DNA of 64,000 bases from Haplodiscus bocki. Its lineage: Eukaryota. Numbering within the stretch: the first letter of the stretch is position 1; each line of letters begins with the position of its first letter. The stretch spans positions 46,252,001-46,316,000 of the forward strand of contig OZ296649.1 in NCBI GenBank assembly GCA_965655095.1, written 5' to 3'. Shown here in pieces: positions 24,614 to 35,751 of this stretch. The position numbers and the translations under genes are program-made. Below the pieces are notes generated by a model. It worked only from the letters and a program-made list of their open reading frames with translations. It was not told the origin of the DNA and did no database searches.

Positions 24614-25236
24614 CAGGTTCCTCTGCGAATATATTTTATATCTTCTCGAAGGAAACCGGCAAAGCATAAAAAGACATCACGTAGCAACATTTCACAACGA
24701 ACTTCGATTGTATTCTCTAAAAAGAATCACTTGGAAGCAAAGAAGAGACGTTCTGGCCTCCGAAGAAGTGTTACAACTCATAAAAGTAATTAACCCTCCC
24801 ATCAATAACTTTTGTCTTGTTATGGAGCAGTTTGTTCTCGTCCCTATTTCTTTGTACAACATCAACAAGAGTTTGCATACTCAGGCAGCTACAAAGCAGG
24901 ACCTTCCAATGTACCAAGTTGAACAAAATCCCACGTACCAAATTAATTCGCCTTAAAAAAGAAATAAACAAAGAGCTGTTTGCCAAAGCAGACTCTTTGG
25001 TCGACAAATATTTGTCTTGCCCTTCTATCAAGCTCTCAAATTCGCGGACTTTAATTATGGCTGGTGTGGAAACAGAAGTTTTACTCTCAATTTTTGCCCA
25101 ACAGCTTCGCCGTATAAACGCAGACGTTCCATATATTTAATTTACTTTACTTGACGTTGCTGGTATATCCCCAACTCTTGTTCTGAATCAAAATTCCTAA
25201 CCCAAAGAGAGAGGAAACAGGGTCCCATTCAAAAGT
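24540..25236 (+). pseudogene. Two small Polinton-type conserved proteins between ATPase and integrase
   Basis: RFLCEYILYLLEGN..LRLYSLKRITWKQRRDVLAS pattern, followed by a MEQFVLVP.. ORF; frameshifted. Confidence 0.5.
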
Positions 25237-26124
25237 TGAACGGTTGTACAAAGGTTGTACACTCAGAGCGGTGCTGCTTATAGTTCTTTTCGCAATTTAG
25301 TGAAAGCTAGCAACTTACCCGTATCAAAGGTGAGACAATTGTTGCATTCAAAACACAAAGTTTACTCTTGCTACGCGTAAATTCAAGAGAATGAAGGCAT
25401 TTGCCAGATTCAAAAATGAAATTTCGTGCATGGACTTAGCATACGTGGATACGTTGATAAATTCTCCAAAGATATTATTCGTGTAAAGTATCTACTAGTT
25501 CGTCCAGGTCTCTTTGATAGAACTTTAGTTGTAAAAGGAATGAAAATAAAACATTTCGAAGAAACGGTTCGTGCAATTTTGAGAAAAATTACAAAAAAGA
25601 AACAACCCCAAGAATTTGGATCAACAAGTGAACAAAATTTGCTGGAGGGTTTGAAAAACAAAGCAAAACTGAAGGAATACAAATTTACCCTACGATGACT
25701 GAGACCACGGCTGCATTTGCTGAACGTACAATATGATCCTTGAAAAATAAACTTTACCGTTACATGGATATTTTTGGATAGAAGTACAATCACAAACTGT
25801 CTCGATTCATCACAACCATGAACTGCAGAAAAAAATGATCAATAGTCTTGACCAAAAAATGTCAAGACTTCTGACGTTTTGTCCATTCTGTAAAGCAAGC
25901 CACTACGAGAATGTAAAAAACCTAAGTTTAAGATTGGAGACAAAAATCGTCTCTCCAAATATGGCTTACCCTTCAGGAAGGGTTACAAGCCACAATTTAC
26001 GGTGGAAAAATGTGCAATTGTTGCAATTGCTTCCAGAAAACCTCCAACATAAACAATAAAGGACGAACAAGACTAGATTATCCCTGGTAAATTTTAGGGA
26101 AAAGAGTTGATCAAAGTCATTTAA
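25236..26124 (+). pseudogene. Retroviral-like (RVE, DDE) integrase of element B
   Basis: SCMDLAYVD, KYLLVR..LFDR, AAFAERTI.SLKNKLYRY, KPKFKIGD..RLSK..PFRKGYKPQFT, GKF..KELIKV. Confidence 0.93.
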
Positions 26125-26126
26125 CA

Positions 26127-26934
26127 ATGGAATCGTATACAACAGACATAGTTTCTAATGCACCTGCACACATTTTTCCACAAAATACACTCAGCTCTTT
26201 TACAAACTTTTTAACAGAGCAACTTAATCTGGAAGGTCAATGGGAGGTTATAATTTCGGAAAAATCTCACCCATTAATGTATCAAAATGTCACAGAGGGA
26301 AAATGTATGTTTTCTGATTAAAAAGTTTCAATGTCGTCTAAGTTTTACTATCTGGAAGCCGGTCTCTACCCTTCCATTAAGAATATTGTTGAAGCCATGA
26401 ACACTCTCATTCAAGAAAGACACAGTCACAGCGAAAACTGTATCACAGTTGAAGTTTCTCGAAGAACGCAAAAACTTGAGATTTACTTTGCAAATGAAGG
26501 ATCTGGTCTTACATTTTTTAGTATGGACCTGGTACACATTCTCGGTAGTAGTGTTGGAAATGAATTTGGAGTGATGTTGAGAAAGAAAGGACCGCACAAA
26601 CCAGAAATTGCCTACGACATTATCCGCATACACTCTCTCAAGTCATACACGGACTTGATTGAGTACAATATTGTTGGCAACCCAAAAGCCCCATTGATGC
26701 GCTACCTTCCTTTTCTTTCTTTCAACGCTCAAATTTGGAGACATTAAAACTACTAGACAGTAAAAAACTATCAAACTTTTAGCAACATGCAGTTCAGACC
26801 ACTGCTCAGAAAATCTTTTCATAGTATTCACATTGACGTGATTGTCACGAGCGTTGAAAAAAATACCCTTTGTATTTCTCGGTATAACTCGTCTTGTTCT
26901 GATTTTCAGAAAAGCCTCCAACATTCATTCCTAA
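26127..26934 (+). pseudogene. Minor capsid protein (penton) of element B
   Basis: SNA...FPQNTLSSFTNFL.EQLNLEGQWEV, GLYPSI, YTDLIEYNIVGNPKAPLMR, FHSIHID, IPFV, LVLIFRK. Confidence 0.9.
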
Positions 26935-26949
26935 CCTTAAAGAAGTGAC

Positions 26950-27320
26950 AAGATCGTTGCTCCAAGACAAGTAGAGATTCCATTCTATGGAGGTTTTGTG
27001 ACAACGTGAGCGTGGATTCGGTGCAGTTGCCCACATTATTGGGAGAACCACAATTCTTTTTTTGCGTATTTTTATAGTCTCGGCGGCAAAACCCGTGGAT
27101 GCTGACTTATTGGACTTTGCTGTGACGGAAGTTGCAGATATGTTTAGTGGTAGAAAAATTTTCAAGACAGCGATAAAGAGTGTGGGAAGACAAACTCTGA
27201 GAAATTAATTGGATAGTGATAGCAGGAAAAGGAGTGCAAGCAGAATAATTCCCACAAAATCTGCAAAACAAACTAGTTGGTCGCGAAAAGTCACTTTTAC
27301 AAACATCTCTCAAAATTTTT
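26950..27320 (+). pseudogene. Basic core/amphipathic virion protein (QRGxG-type)
   Basis: PFYGG..QRERGFGAVAHIIGRTTILFLR..AAK.., basic C-terminus; typical position between penton and MCP. Confidence 0.65.
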
Positions 27321-28675
27321 GTCGAGTATTTTTCGGTACCAAACTTTTGTGCCGCTTTTTGGAAATCTTGGACGGAAAGTCCCAGTAGTTGACTATGTTT
27401 TTGTCATCCCACGAACAAAAAAATTATCCTACCACCTCATTTGATGAAAACTGCACAGAGTTTCAATATAAAAGGGATCGGATTTAATACATTGACTTGA
27501 GACAGACGTACTTGGCTCTGAAACTGGAACTTGTGAAGGGTCGTGGTTACGAATTTTACAATAGGAAATAGGTAAAAAAGGAGCACAAAGAAGAAAGTAT
27601 AGTGAATGTGGAAACGGAGGAGGAGTTTGAGGCTCCAGACCTTTTCGTTACTCTTGTAAACAACATTTGGCACTCAATTTTTTTCAATGTTGAAGTGAAC
27701 ATCGGCAATCAGCAAATTTACAATTCAAATGGATTGCATACGCACAAGTCTTATTTTTACCACAAATTCAAGGGGGCCCTCTCTGAATACAAGACAGTTT
27801 TGTTTTGCGAGGAGGAGGACTATGAAGAATTTCCTGATGAATTTATAGAAGCGCCTTTATCTGAATTTTTTTTTCATAAGGAGAATGAAAATGCTTAGTA
27901 CACCCGATGGTTTCATGTTTTTTGTATGGCAAATTGGGTTTTGACTTTTGCTCCACTTCCGAATTGATATATCCAAATATGAAAAATAGGTTTTGACTGA
28001 TAAAAGCCAGACCTAAATTTTACATGATTAGCGACAACACCAACGTTAGTCTTGGAATTGTTGATTGCTACTTTACACTCGTCGTATTGCTCTCAAGGAT
28101 GATTATCGCAAGAAAAGAAAGAACGTGCTTGCCTATACTCATGTGGAATTCAATTACGTGGAGACTTTGGCAAAGACTTTCATCCTTCCTGCAAAACAAA
28201 ACCAGTTCATCCAAGAAAACGTTTTTAACAATGATCCATTTCGTCGAACTGCCATTGCAATGAATGCAAACTCTGTATTTACAAGATCGAACACTGAAAA
28301 TCTTTTCTCGTATCAGCAACTTGATCTCAGGCAAGTTAGAATATACCAAGGTGGTGAGCCAATTGTCGATTTTGATGCTGCAGATAATTGTCGCCTTCAT
28401 GTTACGACGGCGAAAGCAATGAACTTTCAAGATGATATCCCCCCAATTCCAATTGATAATATCAAAGACCGCTATGTACCAGTGTTTGATTTGACTTCAA
28501 TTCAAGATGCTACTGAAAATTGTCATTGCACAGAGAACTAGTTGGAGAACCACTGAGGCTGGGGCTAAATTTTACTTTTCCGCTAGAGCACGTTACTGTT
28601 CTCATTGTATTGGGAGAACGAATGTCTTCAGCTGCAGTTGACAAGTTTGTGTTGTTGGAAAAAAATTTAAAATGA
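27320..28675 (+). pseudogene. Major capsid protein (double jelly-roll) of element B
   Basis: YIDLRQTYLALK, VNNIWHSIFFNVEVNIGNQQI, LYGKL..DF....LIYPNM, LYTRRIAL, NVFNNDPFRRTAIAM, VFDLTS, LRLGLNFTFPL. Confidence 0.92.
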
Positions 28676-29058
28676 AAAGTGTTTCTATCCAGCAAATAAT
28701 CAACTGTATCCGACAACTCAGGTACGGGTACCGTGGTTCCTTTGCCTCTGACTATGTTCCAAATCTTGATATCGCCAATTTTACCATTATAAAAAGGCAA
28801 CCCAGTAATATGCAGGATGGCCATTGGATATTGATTGCAAAATTTTGTCACAAAGTGTATTTTGTAGGCACTCTCGGTCAAACCATTTTCCTGAAGCAGT
28901 GGTATACGCAGATGATGCCGCAGCCCCTGTAATCTCATCCCAGCATTTCCGGTTTCTACACGATATATGCAGCTTTTCATCAATTCAAGTTCCGACAAAA
29001 ATAAATTAGTGGAGTTCTCGATTTCAATTTAATTTCAAGTATAGCCAACTATATGTAG
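28672..29058 (+). pseudogene. Adenain-like cysteine maturation protease of element B
   Basis: YRGSFASD, GHWILI, YFVGTLG (from YFxDSLG), PL.SHPSISGFY (from Q..SVCGFY); catalytic residues partly mutated. Confidence 0.88.
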
Positions 29059-29390
29059 TAAATTAAATCCTTAAAAGTAATTGTGCAGGTTATACAATGT
29101 GTGCGTTATTATTTGTACTCTCTATTTTTTTTAAAGAATAATACAATCTTTTTACATAGCATTAAGTCAAAACAGTATCGTAAAAGAAAAAGATTGACAG
29201 CTCATTAGGTATTCCGTTTTGTGGTTGGGCTTTCCTTCTATGGTATTTCCATATATGGTATACTGTAATGGACAACACTTGCTACATATTTTCGCCATTA
29301 TTTCTTTTGCATTGCTACAGTGAAGTTGCTACAATCCGTAAACTTATTTCCAATTTTTCCGTTTAACTTCTATACTTTAATTTAAAATTT

Positions 29391-29680
29391 TACTGAAGTC
29401 GACCCAATCTTTATACATCACCGAAGTACAACCTATCTTAATACACTTTCGAGCGATACCCTATCTCAAAATATTACAGGTTTATACCCAATCTCAATAC
29501 CTTACCGAAGTATACCCTATCTTAGTACACTATCGAACTATACCCTATCTTCAAATATTACCCAACTATACTTTATCTTAGTACATTGCCGAATTAAACC
29601 CTATCTTAAAACACTACTAAGCTATACCCTATCTTAAAACATTACCGGAGTATACCCTATTTTAATACATTACCGAAGTA
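29391..29680. repeat. Tandem array of ~10 copies of a 28-bp unit (TACCGAAGTATACCCTATCTTAATACAT)
   Basis: Regular 28-bp periodicity of ccctatctt, directly inside the right TIR. Confidence 0.92.
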
Positions 29681-29701
29681 ACATTCCACATAGCAATAAC
29701 T

Positions 29702-30186
29702 GAAAACAGTATCCGCAGGCGTTATAAATAACCACAGGTGTCATATTTAGACCGCGCGGCTGTAATTATCCGCCCGGCATTGCGCACCCAAGAAAAAAGT
29801 GAACAAAATTTCTCGAAAATTCTCATGCTGTCGAAAATGAGTCATTAAAGCCGATTTCCTATCTTTATACATTGCGAAACCCTATAGCCTTTTCTAATAC
29901 ATTGCCGATTACCATTGCCTGTCTTAATACTTTACCGAAAACACTCGGATTTCAACCAGAACTGAAAAGTTCTCGGCAGCCAATCAGAGTCGCGCCTGAA
30001 AAACACTAAACTTCGTCAGGCAATCAGAATCGAGTATCATTACACTGAAAGACACCAGAGAGCTCTCAGCTAGGGTGGAGGCCCCTTCCCGGCTCTCGGC
30101 TCGAGTCGGCTCTCTATAGCCTATATTATTACATAGAGGGGCCTCCACCTCCCCTCCCCACCTGGTCAGCTCACACTGTTACAACT
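29702..30186 (-). repeat. Right TIR of element B
   Basis: Reverse complement of 12012-12521. Confidence 0.97.
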
Positions 30187-33100
30187 CAAAAAGTTTCGTA
30201 ATCTCCAAATGTACGCGCAGGTTCCATCCATTGATGTCTGAGACTAAGAAAACTCACTTGTAAACGCTATTCCAAAACGAAATCTGCCATTTTATTCAAA
30301 GGGTTCAAAACTTGATTTTTTGAAATTACCGAAAAGTAAATAGTTCCTTCGACTTTGCTCGAACTTCAAACTAAGTATGCTTTAGAAGTACTTCTTGGAT
30401 ATCTTTCATCATAATTTCAATCAACAGATTCCAACCGATGAAGATTTTTTAAAGAAAAAAGCCGTTCATGTCGTTCCTGTGATCGCAAGCTTGATAGTCC
30501 AAATTTTCCAAAAAGAGCATTCAATGAGTTTTTCTCCAATTTTTAATGTCATTTTCCTCCAAAATTACAGCTGATTTTTTCTGGATGTTTTCTCAGGTGA
30601 TTCTTTTCTACATCCAAAAGGAGCTTCAATAATTTTGTCTCTGGTTTTGCATGTTGCATTGATACGTTGATAGACAGATTTTGCCTAAAAATGAAAGTGG
30701 AAAAGATTTTCTAGTTTTCAGGCTCACTTTCCCGCAAAACTACAATTTCGCTTCCAACTTCATTATCGCATTTAACGAATTCCTATCTGCTTGCAAAGGC
30801 TTTCCGAAAAACGTTGATTGGCAATTTGATTCCGACAGAAGATACATCTAAGGCCATATTTGCCAATAAAATGCTGTTATTGAAGATTTTCCCGATGTTC
30901 ATACTCGCTTTTGCCCAAAAAAACCGGCTTGACTTCTTCCATCAATGTCTTGATCGACATATTGCTATTTTGTTAAAAATAATAGGTTTTGGTTCGTTTC
31001 ATTCTTTGGAAAAGTTGATTGACCACACAGGCTGAACAGCTCGAATAGTAGTGAATTTTCACAATATTCAAAATCATTTTTCAACTGAACAGTCTGTTGC
31101 ATTTGTTCCATCACGGTTCTGTGCGACCACTTTCTGTTCGTAGAAAGTTTGTAATAATGGTTGCATCGGTTTACTTCTGTGAGTCGAGAAGTTGATAGGC
31201 TCAACATGTCATAACATCTGATTAGTCTTCAGATTTTGATGTTTGAGATAATTTTTCGCCTAAAATACCGCTTCTATTTGCCCCATTAACGTCCCTATCC
31301 ACAAGTTTTCTAATTGCAAACGGTTTTCTGGGCGAAAAAATATTCATTTCATCTTTTTTTAATGGATAACCTGATTGGCTGAAAGTACCAAAAAGTGAAT
31401 TTAGAAAAAAAAGTTTTGGATAGAAATTTCGTTTTTCAAATCCGAAAGCCGGGTTTCTTCAATTAAGGTCTCTTGTAAATCTTTTACTTTCAGATGTTTA
31501 CCGAATAGAAAAATTTTCAACCCCACTCCTTGCCTGGCACACCGTTTGATTTCATTTTTCCACAACAACGACAACAACGAAACAATAACGATTTTTTTTT
31601 CGATTTTGGAAATCACTTTCCTTCACTCACCAACTTCCTCACTCACCAGACTTCTCAGAATATTTTTTAAACAGTTAAACAGTATTGCTTTCAGTTTTGT
31701 TGATTGCCTCGAAAATTTGATGCACTGGCGAATCAAAGAGAGTAAACAATAATGACTCTTCTAAAATTATTACGTTTCTTCCCGGAATGTCACCCTTAAT
31801 TGGATTTTTTCCATCATTGTCCCAAACAGAACATTTCCATTTGCAATAGGTTTCTCAATGATATTTATTTTGTTTGTAACATTGAAGCTTTATATCGAAT
31901 GGCTAAGAATGCCATAAATGGGCAAATAAAATTGACCATTCACAGTCACAAATCTCAAAGAGACCGGTTGGAGTGTTTCAATCATTGCCTCTTTTCGTTT
32001 ACATTCGGTAAACATATTAGGTGTATTTAAATTTCATCAAATTCCACAGAATACACCGCAGCGCCGCTATGTGTATTTTTGAAGGATATTTAAAACTATC
32101 CATTGTGAAAGGCAGCAAAAAAATTTTCAACAGCGTCTGACATTTTTCCGCAAAAATCCCTAAGATTGCAATTTTTTTTTAAAAAAAAACCGGAAATGTT
32201 ACCTTTGGCACCAGAGATTCATTTCAAACATTTTACGGCTCTACTAGTTGGGTTTGGTGAGCATTTGTGCCAATTTATGTTTGAAAAGGTCCTTTTCCCC
32301 ACAAGTTGTCGATGTCATCACACTCGTCCTTCATCCCCTATCGTTCTTTAGATAGCTTTATTCTCTTTGGGAGAACACACGAAAGATGGAACCAGAGACG
32401 ATCCAACGAACTTTTTTTAGTGAAATTTCTATATGGAAAACTTCTAAGATATCGACTCCAACCCCATTTTTTCCCGACTTCGAAGTGCTAAAGTTAAACA
32501 GAACGTTTGATGTCATCAACACTATTTCGCTTCGAGAAACAATGTGAGGAAGTTTCAAGGTTATGTTGAGTTTCAATGACATTGAGCTAGAATTTATTTT
32601 GAGTTAATTGAAAATTTGTTCTCAAAACATTCTTTTCAAAAGCTTGTGTCCGTTTTGTTCTTGCACAGCCTTAATTTAACTCCAACTAGTTTTCAACGTG
32701 GACAAACAGAAGAGACCAACACTTGAATCTAAGACACGGGGCCAATCGTGGCCCTTGAGGAGTTTCCAATACAAATCAACGAAGTTTTGAATTCTCATTT
32801 CAGTCTCTTTGCGTTTTTTAAAAACTTTCTTAAGCATCTGCTTGTTTAATCTCAAATTTGCTTGAAAATGAAAGAAAAAGAAATGAATATTCAAATGTTT
32901 TTTCCTTTTTGCTCTTGTCTCTCAGAGTAGAGTTTTCTTTGTAAATTTCACCAAATAAGAGCTCTTTGGAAAAGTTTGTCTCTGTTTTGATCTTTTGGAA
33001 AACTTTTTGGTGCCCCACCTCGTTTTTTAAGTTCTTCTCTTCTCCACTAAATGGGCTAAGAAGATTCTTTTGTGAGCTCTGTGAGGCATTACAGTCAATC

Positions 33101-34037
33101 CTGCAGTATTCAATCAATCTTTCATGGTAAACTTCTGTTTAAAAAGAGCCTTCTATGGAAAATAAATAAATTTGATCAGTGCCTGATGATAAATTTTAGT
33201 TTTTATTTTCAATGGTAATATATATGACGAAAGCAAAATTATCACTTCAGTTTGTCGAGTTTTTTCTTTACGCCTTTGCCATTTCCAATTTAATTTCTCA
33301 AAAATGACTTGTTTACATTGATCGTTTTGATTGCTTGACTATGTGGCTTAAAGCCTAAAACTCAATGATAATGACAACCAATCACTACGTAGGCCCCTGT
33401 TTAACCCGGCTAGGGCTGGACGTTTTCTCAACATTTTTCGGGTTTTTATTTATTTCTACCGGATAAAAAAATTCAAAAACACCTGAAACTTATTCTTCTG
33501 GTTTTGAAGTTTTGGTGTTTCTTTTTTGCGAAAACCTTTCAAATCTGAAATTTTTGAGCAAAATCCTTTAGGTTCACATTGATTTTCAAAAACCCAAAGA
33601 ATTCCGAAAGGCAGACTTTGTTTTACAAACTTCATGAAAACAATTATATTGATGACTACAAAAAGTAAACAAGAAACTATTGGAAAACTTTCTAAGGAGT
33701 ATTACACATTACACAAAACTTCTTACAAGCGTGACTGGTGTTCTATGGGTCTCAAACGAACAAAAATATTTGGACTGGGAGATCTTTTTGCCTATTCTTT
33801 TCATTCCAATACTGCCGAAGGAAACGTATGAAATTTCCTTATCGATAAATCTTATTTTCCAAAAAAAAACTCTGGATTATTTCTATCAAAATCAATGTCC
33901 ACGGCCTCAAACCTATAAAAAGGCATCAAGCATTTAGGGCTTTGATTTTGTTCCTGGTATCGGAACACGGTAAGACAACATTGAAAAAACTGCCATTAGT
34001 ATTAAGTTTGATGATTTCCAAAACAACTGTTAATGCC

Positions 34038-35751
34038 TGTCGCAGCACACGTGCGAAGCATGCGGCCAGCCCATACCAGCCAAAAAGACGCCCTATTGCT
34101 CAGGGAAAACTCAAACATTACATACTTTTAATCAAACTCCAACTATTATTATAACACGTATTTTTAACTGTTGTGCATATATACGGATACGTATATAATA
34201 CGTATCCCTCACAATGCACATATATCTTGGTACGTAGTTATACGGAACCAAACTGATCCGGACTAGGGCGGAACCGTTACGGAGCAAACAAGTATTCATA
34301 GAGTATTATTAACTTAAAAGGTGCTATTTTTATATTAATATAATTATTTAATTATTAAATATAAATCGACTTTTTCCAATGAATCTGACAGTTTGATTGA
34401 TTCCAAGTGGTGCAGTTCAATTACAAATTACGATTAAATTGATGCTATAAGCACAACGACTGATTTCAAGTGTATTGACTCTTGGAGTGAATATTTGTTC
34501 CGTACGTGTTCCGTCGCTACTAGTCTGGTGACGTCATTAACACTACTAATACTATGCCGTACTGTAGTGAAAGCGGAATGATTCCGGAATCACTCCTCAT
34601 TTGAGCACAGACTACTACCACTACTAGTGAATATGGAATTATTCGGAAACCACTAGTTGCTACTCGTACGAAGGAGGAGTAAACTAGTAGTGCTACTAGT
34701 TTCTCCTCATTTCCAAAGAGTGAAGACTAATGAACTATTATTAATAATGATGAATTGAGCGCGAGGGTGATGATTATTTACTATTTTCATATTGTCCACA
34801 TATTTAGAATCATGTATTTTTTTTTATTTTATTTTTTTTTCACTTTTCCTAACAAAGAAAATATTTTTCCTTTTTTCCATTTATGGAATATACCTTTTTA
34901 GACTGTAAACAATACGTCGGCGCGGTAATAGGCACTTTGATGTCCATCTCTGATGGATTGGGACCGTCCATTTTTCTGTGGAAAGGTGGAAAAAGCGTGT
35001 CCTATGAGGGAAGAGATGGATGGAAAAGTTGTTCATTTCCCGTCAGAGTCGGCATTTTCTACTTTGATGGTGTAATTTAAAAAGTACTTTTCCCTATTTA
35101 TACTTTGACTTGGCGTGTAAACAATTGTGTTTCCCGCCAGGAAAAGGTATAAATAGAAGAAATGAAAGTATAAATTTAGCACTATTGAGAACCCTGTAAT
35201 CTTAACTACTACTCTGCTGTACTGACGATATTAACCAGTATTCATTTTCTATTTCCGCAACTGAAAACTGTAAACACCCATTTGATTTTCCTTTCAAGAA
35301 AATACAATGAATTAATTATCACTTCACTAAAAATACTTTTCCCGAAAAAATGGCAACTCTTAGAAGCAAAAGAAAACTGGCATAATTAATCAAGGAGAAT
35401 TGTGAGGAACATCCTACGAGGAATTTGGCACAGAACTCGAATATTCCCAGATCACAAGAAGACTACATAACTCAACTTTCTGAGGAAATGGAGGGAAGAG
35501 TCACTAAAAAGTTGTCTCAAGAGTTTAGCAGAACGGAAAACCGCATACTAGGTGCATTGGCGCGCCTTGATGACTTCCTCATGAACCCGCTAATTCAGGG
35601 CCACTCCGGAACCACCCCAGAGGCGTCCCGGAACGAATTTAGTACTAGCCAGAGAACGAACGAGGACGACTTCCAGAGTGATCCTCATCCTGAAGCTGCA
35701 TCTGCAACAAACAGGCGACACAAAACTCTGGCCCAGAAGATCGCCACGACA
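34038..35751 (+). mobile_element. Solo LTR (1,714 bp)
   Basis: Starts TGTCGCAGC and ends GCCACGACA (imperfect terminal inverted repeat, TG..CA). Flanked by ATGCC/TTGCC (5-bp TSD, one mismatch). TATA-like ggtataaata at ~35146. Homologous to 62619-64000. Confidence 0.88.
35350..35751 (+). pseudogene. Gag-like N-terminal ORF beginning inside the LTR
   Basis: MATLRSKRKLA*LIKENCEEHP..EDYITQLSEEMEGRVTKKLSQEFSRTENRILGALARLDDFL.. runs to the LTR 3' end with one early stop. Confidence 0.6.

Larger units (their letters stand above)
12012..30186. mobile_element. Full-length Maverick/Polinton element B (18,175 bp)
   Basis: TIRs 12012-~12521 and ~29702-30186. Termini AGTAATAAGAGTGTGAG and CTCACACTGTTACAACT (degenerate AGTAGT). 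Flanks CAAATA (12006-12011) and CAAAAA (30187-30192) form a 6-bp TSD with one mismatch. pPolB, ATPase, integrase, penton, MCP and protease are all present. Confidence 0.97.

Noticed and set aside
12956-28998. Antisense ORFs over pPolB, penton and MCP (e.g. 12956-13207, 26328-26633, 28068-28430, 28510-28998)
   Set aside because: Shadow frames of the real genes on the opposite strand, with no independent motifs.
29391-29680. 28-bp and 30-bp arrays (also 20011-20416) as CRISPR-like arrays
   Set aside because: Units are head-to-tail and degenerate with no unique spacers, there are no cas genes, and the context is eukaryotic.
30800-33420. Possible degraded DNA transposase (hAT-like) on the minus strand
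   Set aside because: Protein-like patches but no diagnostic motif, TIR pair or TSD that I could verify.
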